64,000 nt of DNA from Candidatus Zixiibacteriota bacterium. Lineage in GTDB: Bacteria > Zixibacteria > MSB-5A5 > UBA10806 > 4484-95. The translations under genes were made by a program, and so were the position numbers. Under the pieces are notes generated by a model. It was given only the letters and a program-made list of their open reading frames with translations. It had not been told where the DNA came from and ran no database searches. Shown here piece after piece: positions 63,085-64,000 of this stretch. The stretch spans positions 9,306-73,305 of the forward strand of contig JAAEQD010000016.1 in NCBI GenBank assembly GCA_024231855.1, given 5' to 3'. How positions within the stretch are numbered: position 1 is the first letter of the stretch; each line of letters opens with the position of its first letter.

Positions 63085-63441
63085 ATGAATCCAATCGATA
63101 AGATAACTATAGCTGTCGGGAAAATCGATGAGACGGTTAAATTCTATTCGGAAACATTTGGAATCAGTTTTAATGTTATGGAAATCGAAGGTAATAAGCT
63201 GTACAAAGGATTATTGGGCGATATCGAGATACTTCTATGCCCAAAAGCGTTTGCCGGTATCGAGGCCACTGAAAATACGATCCAATTAAGGTTTGTCATT
63301 TCGGATATTAGTGTAGCGATAGATAAAGGCGTGAAAAGCGGGGGAACGATATTAAATGATATCTTCAAATCCGAAGGAATATCATACGCGTCGCTTCGGG
63401 ACCCCAATGGTAATTCGCTGGAGCTTATCCAAAAAGCGTAG
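63085..63441 (+). CDS. Glyoxalase/bleomycin-resistance (VOC) family protein, about 118 aa
   Basis: ATG at 63085 preceded by AGGAGA. The upstream part of ORF 62896..63441 reads through repeat R2 and is not credible. C-terminal LRDPNGNSLELIQ is typical of VOC proteins. Confidence 0.7.
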   Translation: MNPIDKITIAVGKIDETVKFYSETFGISFNVMEIEGNKLYKGLLGDIEILLCPKAFAGIEATENTIQLRFVISDISVAIDKGVKSGGTILNDIFKSEGISYASLRDPNGNSLELIQKA

Positions 63442-63514
63442 GTCAAGTCCACTTGGGACTTGACGTGCCCGATTCCCCACAGCAGCTCGTCAGGCCCCGA
63501 GTAGGCCTGACCTA
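63438..63514 (+). repeat. Structured intergenic repeat, copy R3 (77 nt)
   Basis: Hairpins GTCAAGTCC-acttg-GGACTTGAC (perfect 9 bp) and GTCAGGCC-ccgagta-GGCCTGAC. The first bases gTAGgtca contain the VOC stop codon. Confidence 0.8.
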
Positions 63515-63648
63515 TGGCCGATTAATGTGGGCGGCAGACGTCCTCGCTTGCCTTGAGGTCTGCCCCAGGTTGAAATAATCGCCCAAAAATTCAGTTCCTT
63601 ACCCGAAAATCGGTAGACAATTTTAATCAATAGATTTACTTTACGCAC

Positions 63649-64000
63649 ATGAAAGCATTAACGCGCAAGGAAATGGTAAGAGCGTTTACCGGCAATGACA
63701 GTTCATATGACGGCAAATACTATGTGGGTGTGCGTTCGACCGGCATATATTGCCTGCCATCCTGCAAAGCCAAACTTCCCAAGCTGGAGAATGTCGTGTT
63801 CTACACCAGCCGGGAGGAGGCGATAGCCGCCGGTTTGCGGGGTTGCCTGAGATGTAAATCCGAGCGTTACCCGGATGTTCTACCGCGCTGGCTGCCCAAA
63901 GTTTTAGAGTATATGCGGACCAACCGTGATGTCCGCCTGACCGAAGCCAAGCTAATCCGAATGACCCGGGTCGATATATCAACCGTGCGACGATATTTCA
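63649..64000 (+). CDS. ada: Ada-like regulator, N-terminal part (methylphosphotriester-DNA alkyltransferase Zn domain, then the start of what is probably an AraC-type HTH); runs off the window end
   Basis: MKALTRKEM...YYVGVRSTGIYCLPSCKAKLPKLENVVFYTSREEAIAAGLRGCLRCK closely parallels the Cys4 Ada N-terminal motif. Absent from the ORF track because it is open at the edge. Confidence 0.75.
   Translation, partial: MKALTRKEMVRAFTGNDSSYDGKYYVGVRSTGIYCLPSCKAKLPKLENVVFYTSREEAIAAGLRGCLRCKSERYPDVLPRWLPKVLEYMRTNRDVRLTEAKLIRMTRVDISTVRRYF

Noticed and set aside
61888-63514. The 77-nt repeats as canonical integron attC sites
   Set aside because: I cannot find the R''/R' cores (RYYYAAC ... GTTRRRY) at the element ends; the termini pair as GTAGGTCA/TGACCTAC. 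No intI gene is in the window. The idea is kept as a testable analogy only.
63686-63982. 98-aa minus-strand ORF
   Set aside because: It is antisense to the Ada-like CDS, whose Cys4 motif is unmistakable.

Overview
This 64-kb window looks like a fragment from an uncultured Gram-negative bacterium. It carries LPS-core and lipid A export genes and T9SS-type C-terminal sorting domains, which suggests the FCB superphylum, but the taxon cannot be fixed from this window. All family calls come from motif recognition by eye; no database search was run. I support about 48 CDS and 2 tRNAs (Leu-CAA, Arg-CCG). I see no rRNA, CRISPR array, transposase or integrase.

Layout:
- 1-10.2 kb, minus strand: an operon of three large secreted peptidases, M14 followed by two C25 (gingipain-like) paralogs. 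The two complete genes end in dockerin-like modules; the third runs off the window edge.
- 10.2-13.3 kb: a 678-bp spacer containing repeat hairpins, then a single AT-rich LRR-Roc-COR (ROCO) GTPase gene converging on tRNA-Leu.
- 13.5-20.6 kb, minus strand: a TPR lipoprotein, a split cobalamin-independent methionine synthase, an M50 site-2 protease and two uncharacterised proteins (one secreted, one membrane-anchored).
- 20.9-41.8 kb, plus strand: tightly coupled housekeeping and envelope operons. These include rluB-cmk-plsC-rpsA, a TagF-like enzyme plus nucleotidyltransferase, msbA, three GT9 heptosyltransferase paralogs, an O-antigen ligase, rel, pgeF, two OMPs, uppP, an AmmeMemoRadiSam-type radical SAM enzyme, an aminotransferase and a ROK kinase.
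- 41.8-47 kb: a small Cys-rich protein, a membrane-anchored archaemetzincin and a 1374-aa fusion of two activase ATPase modules with a dehydratase-like region.
- 47.3-50.3 kb: an orphan histidine kinase, an ECF sigma factor and an anti-sigma factor with a TonB C-terminal domain.
- 50.8-58.9 kb: a T9SS-cargo island with an M6 peptidase, a PorV/PorQ-like barrel, a 677-aa lipoprotein and an LVIVD-repeat protein.
- 59-64 kb: tRNA-Arg, proS, then small unrelated same-strand genes separated by a family of about 77-nt structured repeats.

Most noteworthy:
- the stand-alone ROCO gene;
- the apparent His-to-Trp replacement at the clan-CD catalytic site in both C25 paralogs;
- the PorV-like barrel paired with a lipoprotein in the position where porU usually sits;
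- the archaemetzincin and giant activase-fusion locus;
- the cassette-like array delimited by structured repeats with compensatory stem changes.
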